This document shows positions 10,201 through 23,565 of a DNA stretch of 64,000 nt, in pieces. Position 1 is the first letter of the stretch. Each line of letters opens with the position of its first letter. This DNA comes from Utricularia gibba (Eukaryota; Plantae; Magnoliophyta), in the NCBI GenBank assembly GCA_002189035.1, contig CM007991.1, forward strand, positions 248,001-312,000. The letters are read 5' to 3'. The notes beneath the pieces were generated by a model. That model was not told the DNA's origin. It worked only from the letters and a program-made list of their open reading frames with translations, and searched no databases. The position numbers and the translations under genes are program-made.

Positions 10201-13175
10201 GTTGAATTTTTTTTTAAAAATAATAAATTATTATTTAATTGTAATTCAATTACAATTAATCGCTTCGGTTTTTTTTAAAAAAAAACATCAAAAAATATTT
10301 TTTTCAAAAAAAAAATAATTGCATGACGATTTGAATTGTAACCATATTATTTATATTATAAACCGTTTGTATTAATAATTTTTTAGTTTTTATTTGATTC
10401 ATTCGTCCGTAAATGTTAGGCCCGGTTCTGGCCCCAATTATACGGGCCGTAGTTGTTTGGGCTGTGCTTGCGGGCTGAATAGCTCACGATCACCTCTGAG
10501 AAATTCTCAACCATAGCATTTTTCATTTGTGAAAAGCAATTTTTGTTTGGGAAGGCGAGGGAGGAGATGGATCATCTGGTACAAAACACGTTTGAGGTAT
10601 GTATGAATAGCCCAGCATAAAGCGATTCCAGATTCGCCCATCTTCTTCCTTCTTAATTTCTTTTAAATGCTAATCCATCTATCAGGACAGGGACATTCTT
10701 TGACGTCTTGCAGCAGGCAAGAGCACGATGCACAGACCTGTTGCACGCAAGAGAACCACAACTTGTGAAGGTTATATCAGACTCACGGGGAGAGACAGAG
10801 AGGGGAATGTGTGAACATCAGTGCTCTTGCAGGTGTGTCGCTTGGTCCACCTGTTTGCACTTTCCACAACACCACATAGTGCTGTGTTCCCATCCCTCTT
10901 CATCCTCACATGTTTCGCCTCTCCACCCAACTCAGATCCTCCTCCTTCCTAGAACCGGATCACCGCCATGTACTGATCGTGCATGCTTAGCAGTTAGCTC
11001 GATTTCAGTACATGGAACCTGATGTGCTCCTGGACAGGATCAAAGACCATGATGTCAAGTCCAAAAAGGCGCCATGCTCATTTACACACTCCCATGAATT
11101 TGTCCCCAGGAAAGACCTTTGTAAGAAAAAGGGGTGCCTTAGATTTGATATCTACGCTTGTAAATGCACAGGAAATTGATGGCCCCTGCTTTCGTGTTTC
11201 CCCCTCTTACGGACAACCGGCTTCTATCAAAGACAAAAACCAGCATGTTACTCCATCTGCGTTGCTATGTCTGTTTCTGTTACCTCAATTATGTAACATT
11301 CTCAACTTTTTCTTACACAAAACAGTGAAGAAAAGAGAGAAAAAGAAGCTTCAAATCTTCCTCAAGACCCTTGAATCAAACTTTGTATTAACATCAAGGA
11401 AAGAATCAAACTTTGTTAAGGATACCACATGTAAGAAAAATCCCATCTACTGTTTTCAGCTCTACTGAATAGTCCCATTATTTAAAATTTTATCCATATT
11501 TACCCCTTCCCCGCATTGTCAACCTGTACTTATTGCTTTTGTTGAAAGCCTCGCCCTGTAGGGGCGTTTATGTCAACTTGTATTTATTGCACGTACGTGA
11601 TTGTTGCCTACATGAGAATGAACGTAATCAAGGGCATTAATGGAACTTCCATATAATCCATCTCTTAATAACTCGCTAATGATAACTGTAGGGGAATTAA
11701 CTGTTTTGAGCAATATTCAAAATTTGGGAAATTTTTTATTTCGAATTTTATTTCAAATTTGAAGTTTTAGTAATATATTATTTCGGAAAATGTCAAATTT
11801 TACGTATAAAACATCCATCCATATAAGAGATGATGAATCCAATGACATATTCCATTTTAATTTATAGCAATAATAAATAAAAATTATTTTTATATCCATA
11901 TTCAAAATTGTTAATATATCCATAAATTAAGAATAATTAGTTTCGATCTCCGTATTCAAAATTATTTGATATTCGATACTTCAGATATAAATTATACAAA
12001 TATGAATTTTTTAGAATCATAAAAAAAAAATATGATTTAGAAATTTTAGGAGTTTAAAAGAGTTGAATACAACATTATATGTAATTATATTATTAATGAA
12101 TTTATATTGAATATTAATTACACATTAAAATTTAGACTATTTGGAATTTAGTAAATGGAAAACATTTAAACAAGTTGGATATTTGTCAATAGAATTCCTT
12201 AAAAAAATATAATTTATGGATTACCAATGGATACGACACAATATGATTATTAATTTCATTAGGAAGTAATCAAATTCCTCTTTTTCTTGAAAAAAAAAAT
12301 ATTAGGTGTTGTCTTCCATCTAATAATATTTAAAAAATACCAATAATAATAACTACCCCAAAGCAACTCTACATTAAAATTTTCAACACAACCCTAATTT
12401 TTAAAGTAATATGCCTAGTCACGGGGCTCAGATTTATTATTTAAATAATACTAATTGTGTACGATTAATTATTTACAAAAATAAAGTAATGAGGTGGGGG
12501 TCCTATCCCCTGTGGTGGGAGTAGTAGTCCCATCTCACGCGCCACCTATTCATTAGCGCAAACTAATTACCCACAACTTTAATTAACTACGTCATCATGT
12601 AACAAAATTACTCGTGATGTGACACATAAGTCGCATTAATAGATTCAGATTCACCTTATCCCCCTTGAATAATACCCCATAAATTCTAAAACAAAATTAA
12701 TCCATTAAATATGTTTATTTTGTAAGATAATTTAATTAATAATATATTTAAAATATGCTGTAAATATATTTTACTATTGTTTAAAAACATTGCCAAAGAA
12801 GAAATTAAAGAATGTAATCATAAGTATTTTGAACTGTTTTGAAACAGTAAAAAAAATTCTCTATCCTACATTATTACCAAACTTTTGTAATACATCTCGT
12901 ATATGAAAATTAACGATTCAATCATAATTTAATTACGATTTTACAGAATTTAACGTAATTTATGAGAAGAGAAGGCACAGCAATGACAGTGAAGTGCACT
13001 AGTTGTTTCACAGATCCTAAATCAATAGAAACAGTTACTGCGATGAAGGGGCTTCTTCTTTGAGCAGAAATCACACGAAGGCAGCAGCCCAAGTTCTATG
13101 TTACTGTCTTTTCCTCGACACAGATACAGAAAAAGGATACCTACATTAGCGGGGAGACTAAGCATGCCACCGGAA

Positions 13176-15370
13176 TCAGCACCTCCAGGCGGAAGACGCG
13201 ACGAGCTCCTTCCGTTTCCAGCAGAGGACGAGGGAGGCCTGCCGCTTTTCGATCAGAAATCCCCGGACCGGAGTCCTCTTGATCACACATTCTGCTTGGG
13301 ATTCCGCCAAGTTGCTGAACGGCACCGGGAGAAGCCGGCTGATAAGAAGATGGACCTCCAATGCTGAGTCGTCTTCGTTGGGGACCGAAACGGCTCATCA
13401 CGATTCGTTCGATGGCTGGTTGGATCAAGAAGCGTTCTATCTTCTGCAGGGCATCAGCTTGGGCATTAGCAGCATCGATGGACTCCAATAAATTGGTGTG
13501 TGAGTGAAGAGTGTGAATCACATGGTTGGCGAACGAAAGATCGGTCCGGTTGCAGCCTCTGTCCGTTGAGATGACGATCTTGGGAGATAGCTGCTTCACA
13601 AACCGGAGAATCAGTGGCATTGAGAACTGAGAATTGGCCACAGATGCAACTGGAAGATTCACAGCAACTGCATCACTCTCCGACCATGAACCGGAACTCA
13701 AAGAATCGATGCACATAACTTCGAACGTTAGCGAAATACTGACATCCTTTGCGAACTGAATCAAGTTTTCTCTGATCAAACCGAGTTCAAGCGGATCATG
13801 GGTTGATGGGGAGACAATTGCTGTGATCTTCATGGAAGTAGATCCGGGACTTCGCATTGCAACCTCCTGAATAAGAGAAGCCCACTGTCCACCATATGCA
13901 ATATCAAAATCCACAATATGAATCCGATCGAACCCTCTAAAGCCTCAAGAACAGCTTGATTGCAAGTGAAGTTTGAAAAGTGCACAAGGGGGGATATATC
14001 AGAGAACGATTTGTAGGCTCCAATCCGAAAAATGATGCTGAATGGCGACGAATTCGTCATCGTCGACAAGGGATTATCGACGTTGTTGCTGGAGCAATGC
14101 AGGAGCATCTGCAATGCCTCCTTGCAATAAAAAGCAGCTCTCTGAAATGGAATTCCAATAGGGGAGAGCTGGTGATTGAGCCGCGCCAATATCCCGTGCG
14201 CGAGTACTAAGTTCCCTGCTTCGACGAGTTCCGCCGCCTTGTAAAGCAGATCAATTGTCGCCTGCTGTCCGAAATCGTCACGGACAGTTAACTTTGGCTT
14301 CTCCTTATGCCTTTGGTGTATATAACTAGGAAGAAACTGAAGCTGAGGGGAAAATTGCTGCTGAAGAAACAATGGATGCCCTGAATCCATGAAAGACCCT
14401 TTTGAGATCTGGCCGGCGGAGTCAAGGCCGACGTCGGCGAAGCCGCCAAAGTTTTGTCTTTTCGCCGGAGGGGAAACAAAAATACTATGTTCTTGCTGCT
14501 GAGAGTATGAAAGAGGGAAAAAACAGGAAGGATTTTGGGACTGCTGGTTCACCAAAAGGCTAGAATTTGTAACGGGGGGCTTTGTGTCAGAGGAAGCATC
14601 AAGTGCAATTTGATGATGAAATGATAGGGATCCGGAGGGATGAAGGACCGCTTGGGAAATGGGTGAAAACTTGAAACTTGAAGATGGGTTCGAGGATACA
14701 GAATTGGGGGACAAAGAAGCGATCTTTTCAGAACTGGATCTGTTGTTGAGGAAAATTGGAAGGGTGGGCATCTGATCCACCGCCGTGTACCCACCGCTGA
14801 AGTCGAACTCTGCCGCCGGGAACACACCACCGGTGCTAATTTGAAGCGCCTTGTTCAGATTACCCATAGCTGGGTCTTCATTATCACCCATAATCCATCG
14901 AAGCATCGACTGTTCTTGGCTGGGAGGAACCGCCGCAGACTCCGACAACACGCTCTCCCAATCCTCCATCGCAAATTTCTCCATGTTTCCACCCCGGCAC
15001 CTTCAAATTCCATAACTGGGGAACTGTGAGAAGCCCCCCCGAATCAACTTTTCCAACGGCATTGGAGCTGGTGGCAGTAGAGTCCCGTTGCCATTTGGCC
15101 GCCGTGTCAGTAGAAGCCGCACCACCACCGGCACCGGTGCTTCCCCCTCCCCGCCGAGAGACGAAGACAGTGTTGTCGACGATGTGGGTCTGCTCGGAGT
15201 AGTAACAGAATCCAGTACAGACGTCGGCTCACCAAAACCAAAACCACTGCAATTACTCCGCTGCAACAAATCACCACCACTCTCCGAGAAAAAGGTTCGA
15301 TTTTTCACAATCAAATCCAAGTCCAACACCCCCTTCCCTCAAAATCAAAGGGTAAGGGCATTCCCTTCAT
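13176..15370 (-). CDS. HAM: GRAS transcription factor, HAM/LOM (SCL6/22/27) clade, intronless, with several apparent 1-nt deletions
   Basis: MKGMPLPFDFEG, EPTSVLD, MEDWESVL, EQSMLRWIMGD, LAHGILARLNHQLSPIG, RIHIVDFDIAYGGQWASL and VASSAWRC*. Frame changes at about 15330, 15125, 15000, 13925 and 13383. Confidence 0.93.
14173..14193 (-). promoter_or_regulatory. miR171 target site in the HAM coding sequence
   Basis: The + strand reads TGATTGAGCCGCGCCAATATC, the mature miR171 sequence, so the mRNA is perfectly complementary. Confidence 0.93.
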
Positions 15371-18336
15371 CTAAAAAATCAAATCCTCCGCCAAAACAGC
15401 AGAGCCCACAACCCAAAAAACACCCTCAAAAAGCAGGAACCTCAAGGATACCACATAAACATGCATGTTCTCTTCAATGGCAGATTCAGAAGAAATGGGG
15501 TGGATGCGTGCAGCATAGAAAAAGTAAGAAACACAAAGCAAAGAAGCTTCCTTCTGTGAAATCCCAAGTTCCCGTTCTTCTCCTTGCCTTTCCTTTCCTT
15601 TTCTTCTTGGAGGTCTTTTCTTTCTTTCTTTCGCCGTTCTAAGTTTGTCTGGCTTGTCTACTTATCTTTCCTGCTAGACTTCCTCAGTATCCCCTCCGCA
15701 GGCCCACACGCATTGCTCCACCGTGCTCCCACGTAAACTTCTTCATTTTTCTAATGCTCACCCCCGGGCTCACTAGTCACTGCCCCGTACCCTACTAGAT
15801 TTTAAAAAAGCATTGAACTTTCAATTCCAGACGTTGGAGGCAACATAACCCATCAATTCTCTAGTTTTTTTATGTAGGCAAATTGTGGGGTTTGAAATCT
15901 ATTTTTTAAAAAAATCAATTCCACAAGCTTCTGCATTCCCGGATCTTTGATGTGTTGTTCATCTTCAAGTGGCTCATGTTTTAGCATGTTGACCCAGTTA
16001 CCTCAAAAACCCCAAACAGATCAGTTCCACCCATATCAGAAAAACGGTTGCTAAAAACCACTTAATAGAAAAAAAAATGTTGAATTCTAGATCCAATAGT
16101 GATTCTAAGCAAACAAGAGCAGAGTCTGGGCTTTCATGCTTCACACTCCCAACTAACTATCGTTCATCACCAAGGGATAGAGTAGTATTTTGTCCATGAA
16201 CCAGGGATCTCTTAACTCCCGGCATCTTGATCTTCAGACAAGTATTTTTCCGATGGGAGCTCAAAGCCAGCTAGTTAGCATGGGATTTGCAAATGGGTAG
16301 GCCTCATCGGAACTCTGAAGTTTGTCATTCTCCAGAGGTAAGTGGGCGACAGAGTCGTGGGGCACACGCGTGGGGAGGAGCGTGTGACGATCAAGTTTAG
16401 TTGCTTTTCGACTGTAGTTTTCTACAGGGACCAATGCTGCAGAGGAGCGATGAACTGGCAGGAAGAATCCGGCCCTTGATCCCGAAACTACCCCTCACCC
16501 CCACCTAACCCCCGTCCCTCCCTCCGCATCACCTCAGGGGCAGTTTAGTAGTTACACATGGGTCAGAGTCTGCTGCCCTGGTGGTTTTTCCGAAACCGAA
16601 TCTGACGGCACGGGAGGGGGGAAAAAGGCGTTGGTTTTTTATTTGATAATTATAGCACCAAAGATTCTAAAAATACTAATTTTAGTTCAAGTTTAATATC
16701 ATAAACCGGGGGAGTTGAGGCTTTTTCGGGAAACTAAATATCCACGTGCACGAGATTATTCCAGTAATGGGTATAAATATTAAAAAATAATAAGAAAATA
16801 GACAATGAAATAATATCACACAACAAACCGTATTATCTGTAATTAAAAATGAATTTGTTTTTGGGTAAAATTGGAAATAAGCCCAATTATTACAGTCTCT
16901 TTCGGTCGCTAGAGCAACAGAGTAAGACCTAGAAAAAGGCAATGAAAGTAGTATTGGGGCCGGGAGGGGGGACTCTTTGGTCAATTCGTGGGGGGGCATG
17001 CACGTCGCTTTACCCATTTTCAGGGGCATAAAGGTCTTTTAAACATCTAAGACAAATGGACACGTGTCATGTGGGTGATTTGTCATTCTGAAAATTCTAA
17101 ATTCCATTTTAAAAAATATTAAAATTATGGTTGGTTCACATTCATCAAATTTTCTTTAAAAAATTATTTTTTATGACAATTTTTTAAATTAAATTATATT
17201 CTAATTTTCTTGAATCATTATGATCGATTCTAAACTAATTTCGAAATGATATGTTAATGCAACAAGAATATTTACGGCTTGTAAGATATCATCATGAAAA
17301 TGTTATGATTCTTCTACTAACAACTAGAAGATGGTCATTTTATACCAAGCTCAATTATGTAATGGATTGCATTCGCATAATTTGAGTCATCACGAATGAT
17401 TCAATTCTATATGATAAGGGTGATGACTTCTTCATGCATTTGGCACGATTGGGGTCTTGATGAACGATTGCACTTATCATTAAACTCTATATGATAACAT
17501 GGATGAGAATCAAACTCAAAGCTTATGGACTTCATTAGGGACTTGAAGATAGGTTGCAATAAACTACTTTCAAGTTCATTGCATTTTTGTAGTTTACATA
17601 TCTAGTCTACACTAAAACCTAAAAGATACCCTAACTTCCATGCAATGCACATGATTCTCAAATGGGAGATTCTTCCATGAACTATTTAAATTATTGAATT
17701 ATTGCACCAAGGGTTTTTAATTTAAGATTCAATTGCCCAAACTTGAAGTCACATGCCCCTTTGTTTACTCAGTTTCATCTTAACATGTTATATATGTCAA
17801 CTATTGAAAAATATAAATTACTAGAAATAATGTATAATTTCTATTTTTCCTATAAATTTTCACAATGAATCAAGTGGAAATCATATATATACTTTTTTAT
17901 TAGCTTGAAAGGAGGGGTAAGTATGTTCTTTGCCTCCTCATCAAGTGATCCTTCCCAAAATTACCATTTTGTACTTTGACCAACCTAGTTCCAAAGCAAG
18001 AAAAATGTTACTAGAATTATAAAAAATGATTTAATTGATAAAATGCCATTGAAAATATTCAAATAACTATAGCAAAAAATCCATATTTAAATTCACATTA
18101 GTGAGCTAACCCAATAAGAAGCCCATATCCAAACTCGGATGTGGGCCGACTGCCACTGGACCAAGATATAAGCCCATAGGATCAAGATGCAATTTTCCAA
18201 GTTGAAAACAAAACGACACTTTAGTACAGAATATTAACTTCAAAGATAGATGACAACAACAACAACACTTGAAGAACGACCCTAACATAATTAGGAAAGA
18301 TACAAGTTGAAAAATTTCAGACTCCGTCGTGGTTTG

Positions 18337-20072
18337 CTAGTATGGCGATACTCCGACGTTGTTCGCCGGTGGGAGGATCCCGTCTTTCATGATCGGAACA
18401 TCGCCTTCCTGCATAACATTCGTGCAACATCTTAGACATCTGATCTACCCTTTAGAAGTGCATTTGTGATGAGTCACCTGTTGATAGGCATTCGGCTTTT
18501 TCACTGCTGGATCGGGCATCATACCGAACTGAATGTGAGGAAAATGAGCCCACTGCGATAAGCCATGTTTCGAGAGAATAAACATGAGTTGTTGAAGTTT
18601 CAGAAATGATGGTTAAGACAACGTAACTACTAGGAAAAAAGCCAGTAATGAGGGTATGGGGGTATTGGGATAAGTAATAAAGAAACCCTAGTTTCAGTAG
18701 GGAGACTGTTGTTAAATTGATTGACGTACGTTTTTGGCAGCGGCGCTGAAAGCTTCTCTGTGACTGATATCTGGGTTCCCAGCTTTGATTCGTTGAATCT
18801 CATCTCTGCAAAAAAGTTAGCTTTTTTATGACAAAAATTTGGCTTCGGACATCTTTATGAATCAGCTGTCGAAAGTCTCTGGGGGTTTCTATTGAATTAA
18901 GGAGCCTAAAAAGATGGTCCTAAGGCTGCCACTTCCACAGCCCGCGAAGGACACTTGGTGGGGTTCCATGTCTGTCTATGCATTTTATTGCAATTGAAAG
19001 GGCGCTTACTTGATGAAACGATTGTAAGCAGAAGGCACTCTCTGTCGTTTCTCCGGAGCTGAAAAGGAAAATTTACAGACAAGTGAAAAACACACAGAGG
19101 CAATAAATTCACTGTCTTTTATGTATATATATTTTACTGTTTACTGTTACCGCCATCTTCCCATCATTTCTTCATCATCATGTAATCATTCCAGTTCATA
19201 ACAAACCCAAAACAGCCGATCCCAAAGGGATCTATCTATCTACCTGTCAGTGAACTTTTTTTTCCTCAAACAAAAATTAGGGTTTTTCATCACAAGCTAA
19301 ACTGTTGACGAACAATGTACCAATCTTGTTGGAGAATAAGATCAAAATCCAATGAAAAAGATGAGGGTAGTAACTGTTGAGGAGTAAAATGCAGCAGTTT
19401 TATCTTCTTATCTGGGAAAAATACTACTGTTTTGAATAAAGGTGAGCCTTGACTATGGAAATAACCATCGGACAACACATGGTAAAGACAAGACGCCAAG
19501 GGGTAATAACAACATTAGCGGAATTCGAGAAGAGATGGAGAATCTCACGTCGGTTAACAACCGGCGGCTTCGGAAGTTCCTCCATTCCCCGGAACGGTAT
19601 CGGAGTGTCGGTGGGAATCTGCTGATGCAAAGCAAGCTGCTGATTCACCGGCGAAGTGAGAAAATCCTCCTGCAGTGAAAAAAAAATTGAATCGACCGTC
19701 GTTACAATAAATAAAATCACCGGCGAAGTGAGGAAACCCTAATTTACCTGAATATTCTGAGGAGGGAAAAGAGAGTTTCCGAAATGGAGCTGGCTATTAG
19801 GAGCCGCAGGAAGAAGAACTCCACGCATATTCAAAGAGAAGAGATTGGAGCAATGGCCGCAGCGAACCGCAACCGTCTTGAACAGGCTTGCACAAGGAAC
19901 ACTCACCTGAACCAACAACATCAATGCACTCAAATTGCAGCAACTTCCCAAAAATCTCAGAAACAAAGAAACCCACCGCGAGAACGGTTTGGCAGAGAGT
20001 GCACTTGACGTAGCAGAGCTTCTCTGAGAGATGATTATGGAGTTGCTCGGGAGGAAAACAAGAAGTAGACAT
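18337..20072 (-). CDS. FIL: YABBY transcription factor, FIL/YAB1-YAB3 type, 7 exons
   Basis: C2C2 finger [36 protein letters not shown]; YABBY domain [52 protein letters not shown]; C-terminus ANNVGVSPY*. Confidence 0.93.
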
Positions 20073-23000
20073 TTTGTTGGGTTTGGAAGGAAGTGCTTTG
20101 TTCGTGCGTTGTTTCGTGCCTGAGGATTTGACTGATTGATGGATAGAATGTAAGTGACGAAGTGAATATAAACAGAGAAACGTGAGATTAAAACAAAAGG
20201 TTTTTTTCCCCTAAAAAAATATATCAGCCATTGTTTTCTCTGTGTGTGTGTGTGAAGACTGAAGGGTTTTGACAGATCCACTAACTAAGGTCGAAGCCTG
20301 GAACCTGATCTCCCTTCGAATGTTTTTCTTCCCTCTGAGGCTGGGGCTGGGGCTCGTGCTTATCAAAGAAGACAGGCTGCAGAAACACAAGACAATCAAA
20401 GGGCACGAGAGCGGCGGTGCCCACCCCTGTACCAGATCGCGATACCCTTTTGTCTCCACAGCAAAACTCCCTCAAAACCCCAATTCATAATCCCAATTGC
20501 ACTCTTACTAGTTTTTTAATGAAACTTTTTCCCTTTTCGAACAGTTTTGTACTAAAACCCACATAATCATATAATCATCGGATTTTATCAGTAATCATTG
20601 CCTAACAACTACAACTACCCAGTGCCGACGTTTCCTTGAAAACGTAGGCTGGGAGATTGGAGCCCTAGCTGCAACTTGGACACTCACTTTCAATAATATT
20701 AATATATTTTTTTACGTCATTATCATGAAATAAATACATAAATAAACAAATAGAAGTGAATACTTCCAAAATAACCCATCCAAAGGTTCGTCTTCATATA
20801 TACTAGTCAAAATAATCAATCCCCAACTGGGCTGCTCCTGACCAATATTAATTATATTCAAAACACTTTTTTTTTATTTTTAACAATAAAATAGCTAGAG
20901 AATTCAATGAATAAACTATTTATTCATATTCATTTAAATTATAAAATACATCCATTCATCTTAAATTTACCTATTGATAAATCATAAATTATACGACCAT
21001 GAGAGTCGATTTTGTAAGAGATTGTTAGAGTTGTGAAATTAAGGGTCTTTTACAAAAATAATCATCTTTTATTTTCTCACATACTAAGAACAAATTCATC
21101 GTTCTTATTACACATTCAAAATACGGTGGCCATTTTTTGTAATACTCCCGTGAAATGAATGGGTTATTTTTGTAGAAATTTGTGACCACCCGATTTATGG
21201 GATGCGTAATTAGGGGTGATGGCCGGGACCAATTGCAAATTGAAAAGGGTTTTATTTTATTGTATTTTGGGATTGGTTGAGAGGAGCGGTGGGAGATGGG
21301 GACACGCGTAGGGAGAGGATTCGGAAACGGGTGGGGGGAGTCAGAGGAGTCATCGGGGCCGGAGCAGAGGCGGCAGAGGTGGGGGAGAACCGGAAAGCGA
21401 CGTTTGCATGAGCCTCTCATTATGTTTCACTCATTCACTCACCGCCTCCTCCTCCCTTATCTTCTTTTCACCTTATCCCTCCTCCTCGTGGCCTCACAAC
21501 GCAAGCGTTTCTGGTTTCTGTGATACGTGTTGGACGCCCATTGATCTGTTCGCAGGGCGACTTGGCTGCGGAGGATCCACGTCTCCGGCGAGCTCTCTGG
21601 TCTGATACCATGTCGGAATCTCGTACGTCGCTTGGTCTCTGGAATTCGAAACCCGCATCAGGCGGCAGGCCCTTCGGCGAAGCGCCATGTTGATTCCACA
21701 ACAATCTAGCGCCTGGATTCAGCACACAGAAAAGCCACGTTCACTGTTCTCTGCTCATCAAACTCAACCCTAATTCCATGAAAACATTTCTACGAAGATT
21801 CTTACAGGTTTCGTTGGAATTAATAAAAAAACCCAGAAAAACTGAGATATATTACAAATGTAGCCACAATGAAGTGTGTGAAAACTGTTAAAATTTTTGG
21901 TTAAATATCTGCTTGGTACAGTTTAAAAATACATTTCTAAAAAAGTGATTTTAGAAATATTTTAATTTTTGTTGAAGCAGGCGTATAAAAAATTCTAAAA
22001 AAAATTAATCACTTTATTATATTAGTTTCATTAAAGTAAAAATAATGCATTTTTTGTTCGATAATCACTTCTAAAATTACTTTTTTAAAATTAGAGTTGC
22101 ATCAAACATACACTTAGTGTGTGAGATAGTCGAAGTGGGCCCAATTTTGTAAATGATCTAGAGAAACTAGGAAATACGACTCTGCAAGGATTTTTTCCAT
22201 ATATATTTAATGGAAAATAATCGATAAAATGAAGAAAGATTATTTGCAATTCCGATGTGTTCAAATCTGCAATATTGAGAAAAATGGAGTAAATATTCAA
22301 TTTATGGCTGAGTATTATAATATTTTATTATAATATTGGTCATGTGCATTTATTTTTTAATTAAGATTCTCCATTATTGTGATAATGGATAGTGGGATGT
22401 GTGATAAGATGTACTTTTTCTATTAATAAAACATTCATTCAATTCAACTTAATTACTAATATTTCCAAAACATATCCAATCGAATTGTCAATTAATTAAA
22501 CTTTATACACATAGGATCCATTTGAAATAATTTTTTTCTTTTTAAAAGGTACCACATAATTAGTTTTATTGTTGGATACAAAAAATGCAGTTTTTTTTTT
22601 TGAAAAGCTACAGAACCTTAATTTTTATATTTAAAAAATGTTTTTTAATAATTTATATGAAAAAGGGGGTTGGGTTATACAGAGACAAAGATAAACCCAC
22701 GGATGTTTTCTGATGTATTATTTTATTTAGGGCATTTGATTGTACGTCACCCTTGCGGAGCCACACTTGGGAGCAGTTGTATTAAACCTAAAAAAATATG
22801 GACTATTATTATTAATTTGATGCGATTAAAAAATTAAAAAAAATCATGGAGTTCGTACATATGAAGCAAATACAGCGATGATCTAAGCTATGGTTCCTTC
22901 AGATCACCGGTTCGACCCATTAACCAGTGAATTTGGAGAACCGGGTTGGATGGAATTTGCAGGAGAGTTGGTGCAGGGTATTAAGAAGAGACAGTAGGGA

Positions 23001-23515
23001 ATGCGACTACATATGGCCGTGTCCGACACCTTTTACAGATTGTCCTTTTGGTTTTCCCGTGTCACCTCTTTCAAATTCAATCTCCCCCTGTGGTACCGAG
23101 CTGCCTTTTGGAGTGTTTTTTTAAAACTCGAAATGGTCACCCATCCTCATTCATGTCCTGAATCGTTAGCCCACATGGACATGACAAAAAAAGCAAGCAC
23201 CAAGTCTTTGTTTCTTTTCGCCCACCGTGGGAATTGGAAACTGCGTAATCCATCTAAAACCATCCACTGTTTGCTGCTGTTATTCAAACGCAAAACCCTA
23301 ATCGTGGTTAGGTTTGGAAGAAGATGGCGGTGACGGTGGTGGCTCATCGGAGCACAGGAAAGCGTGGCCCCGAGGAAGATCGGCAGTTAATGAAACAACG
23401 TTTTTGGAATCTCATCCCTTCAGCCCTACCCCCTGCATCTGCGTGCGTTTTGATATGATAACATGCAGAGAAACAGAGAGGGGAACCCAGTTGCCATTCA
23501 CATTTCGACAATGTG

Positions 23516-23565
23516 ATCCCACATCGGACTCCGTGTCTTTATTTCTCAAACTACCTTATTATAAA
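23516..23565 (+). promoter_or_regulatory. snRNA-type USE (ATCCCACATCG) plus TATAAA, 33-nt spacing; no recognisable snRNA downstream
   Basis: USE at 23516-23526 and TATAAA at 23560-23565. Confidence 0.35.

Noticed and set aside
11500-13000. AT-rich tract as a MITE or Helitron
   Set aside because: No terminal inverted repeats, target-site duplications or Helitron ends could be identified by eye.
20211-20459. 82-aa ORF upstream of YABBY as a conserved uORF
   Set aside because: No similarity to known conserved-peptide uORFs, and it runs through TC/AC simple-sequence leader DNA.
21601-21610. tRNA-Met primer-binding site of an intact LTR retrotransposon
   Set aside because: Only 10 of 12 nt match, with no gag/pol ORF or second LTR. 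Kept only as an alternative explanation for that island.
23283-23400. IDA-like peptide on the - strand (LPRG...EPPPSPPSSSKPNHD*)
   Set aside because: An in-frame stop lies upstream, with no start codon or signal peptide; the similarity is low-complexity.
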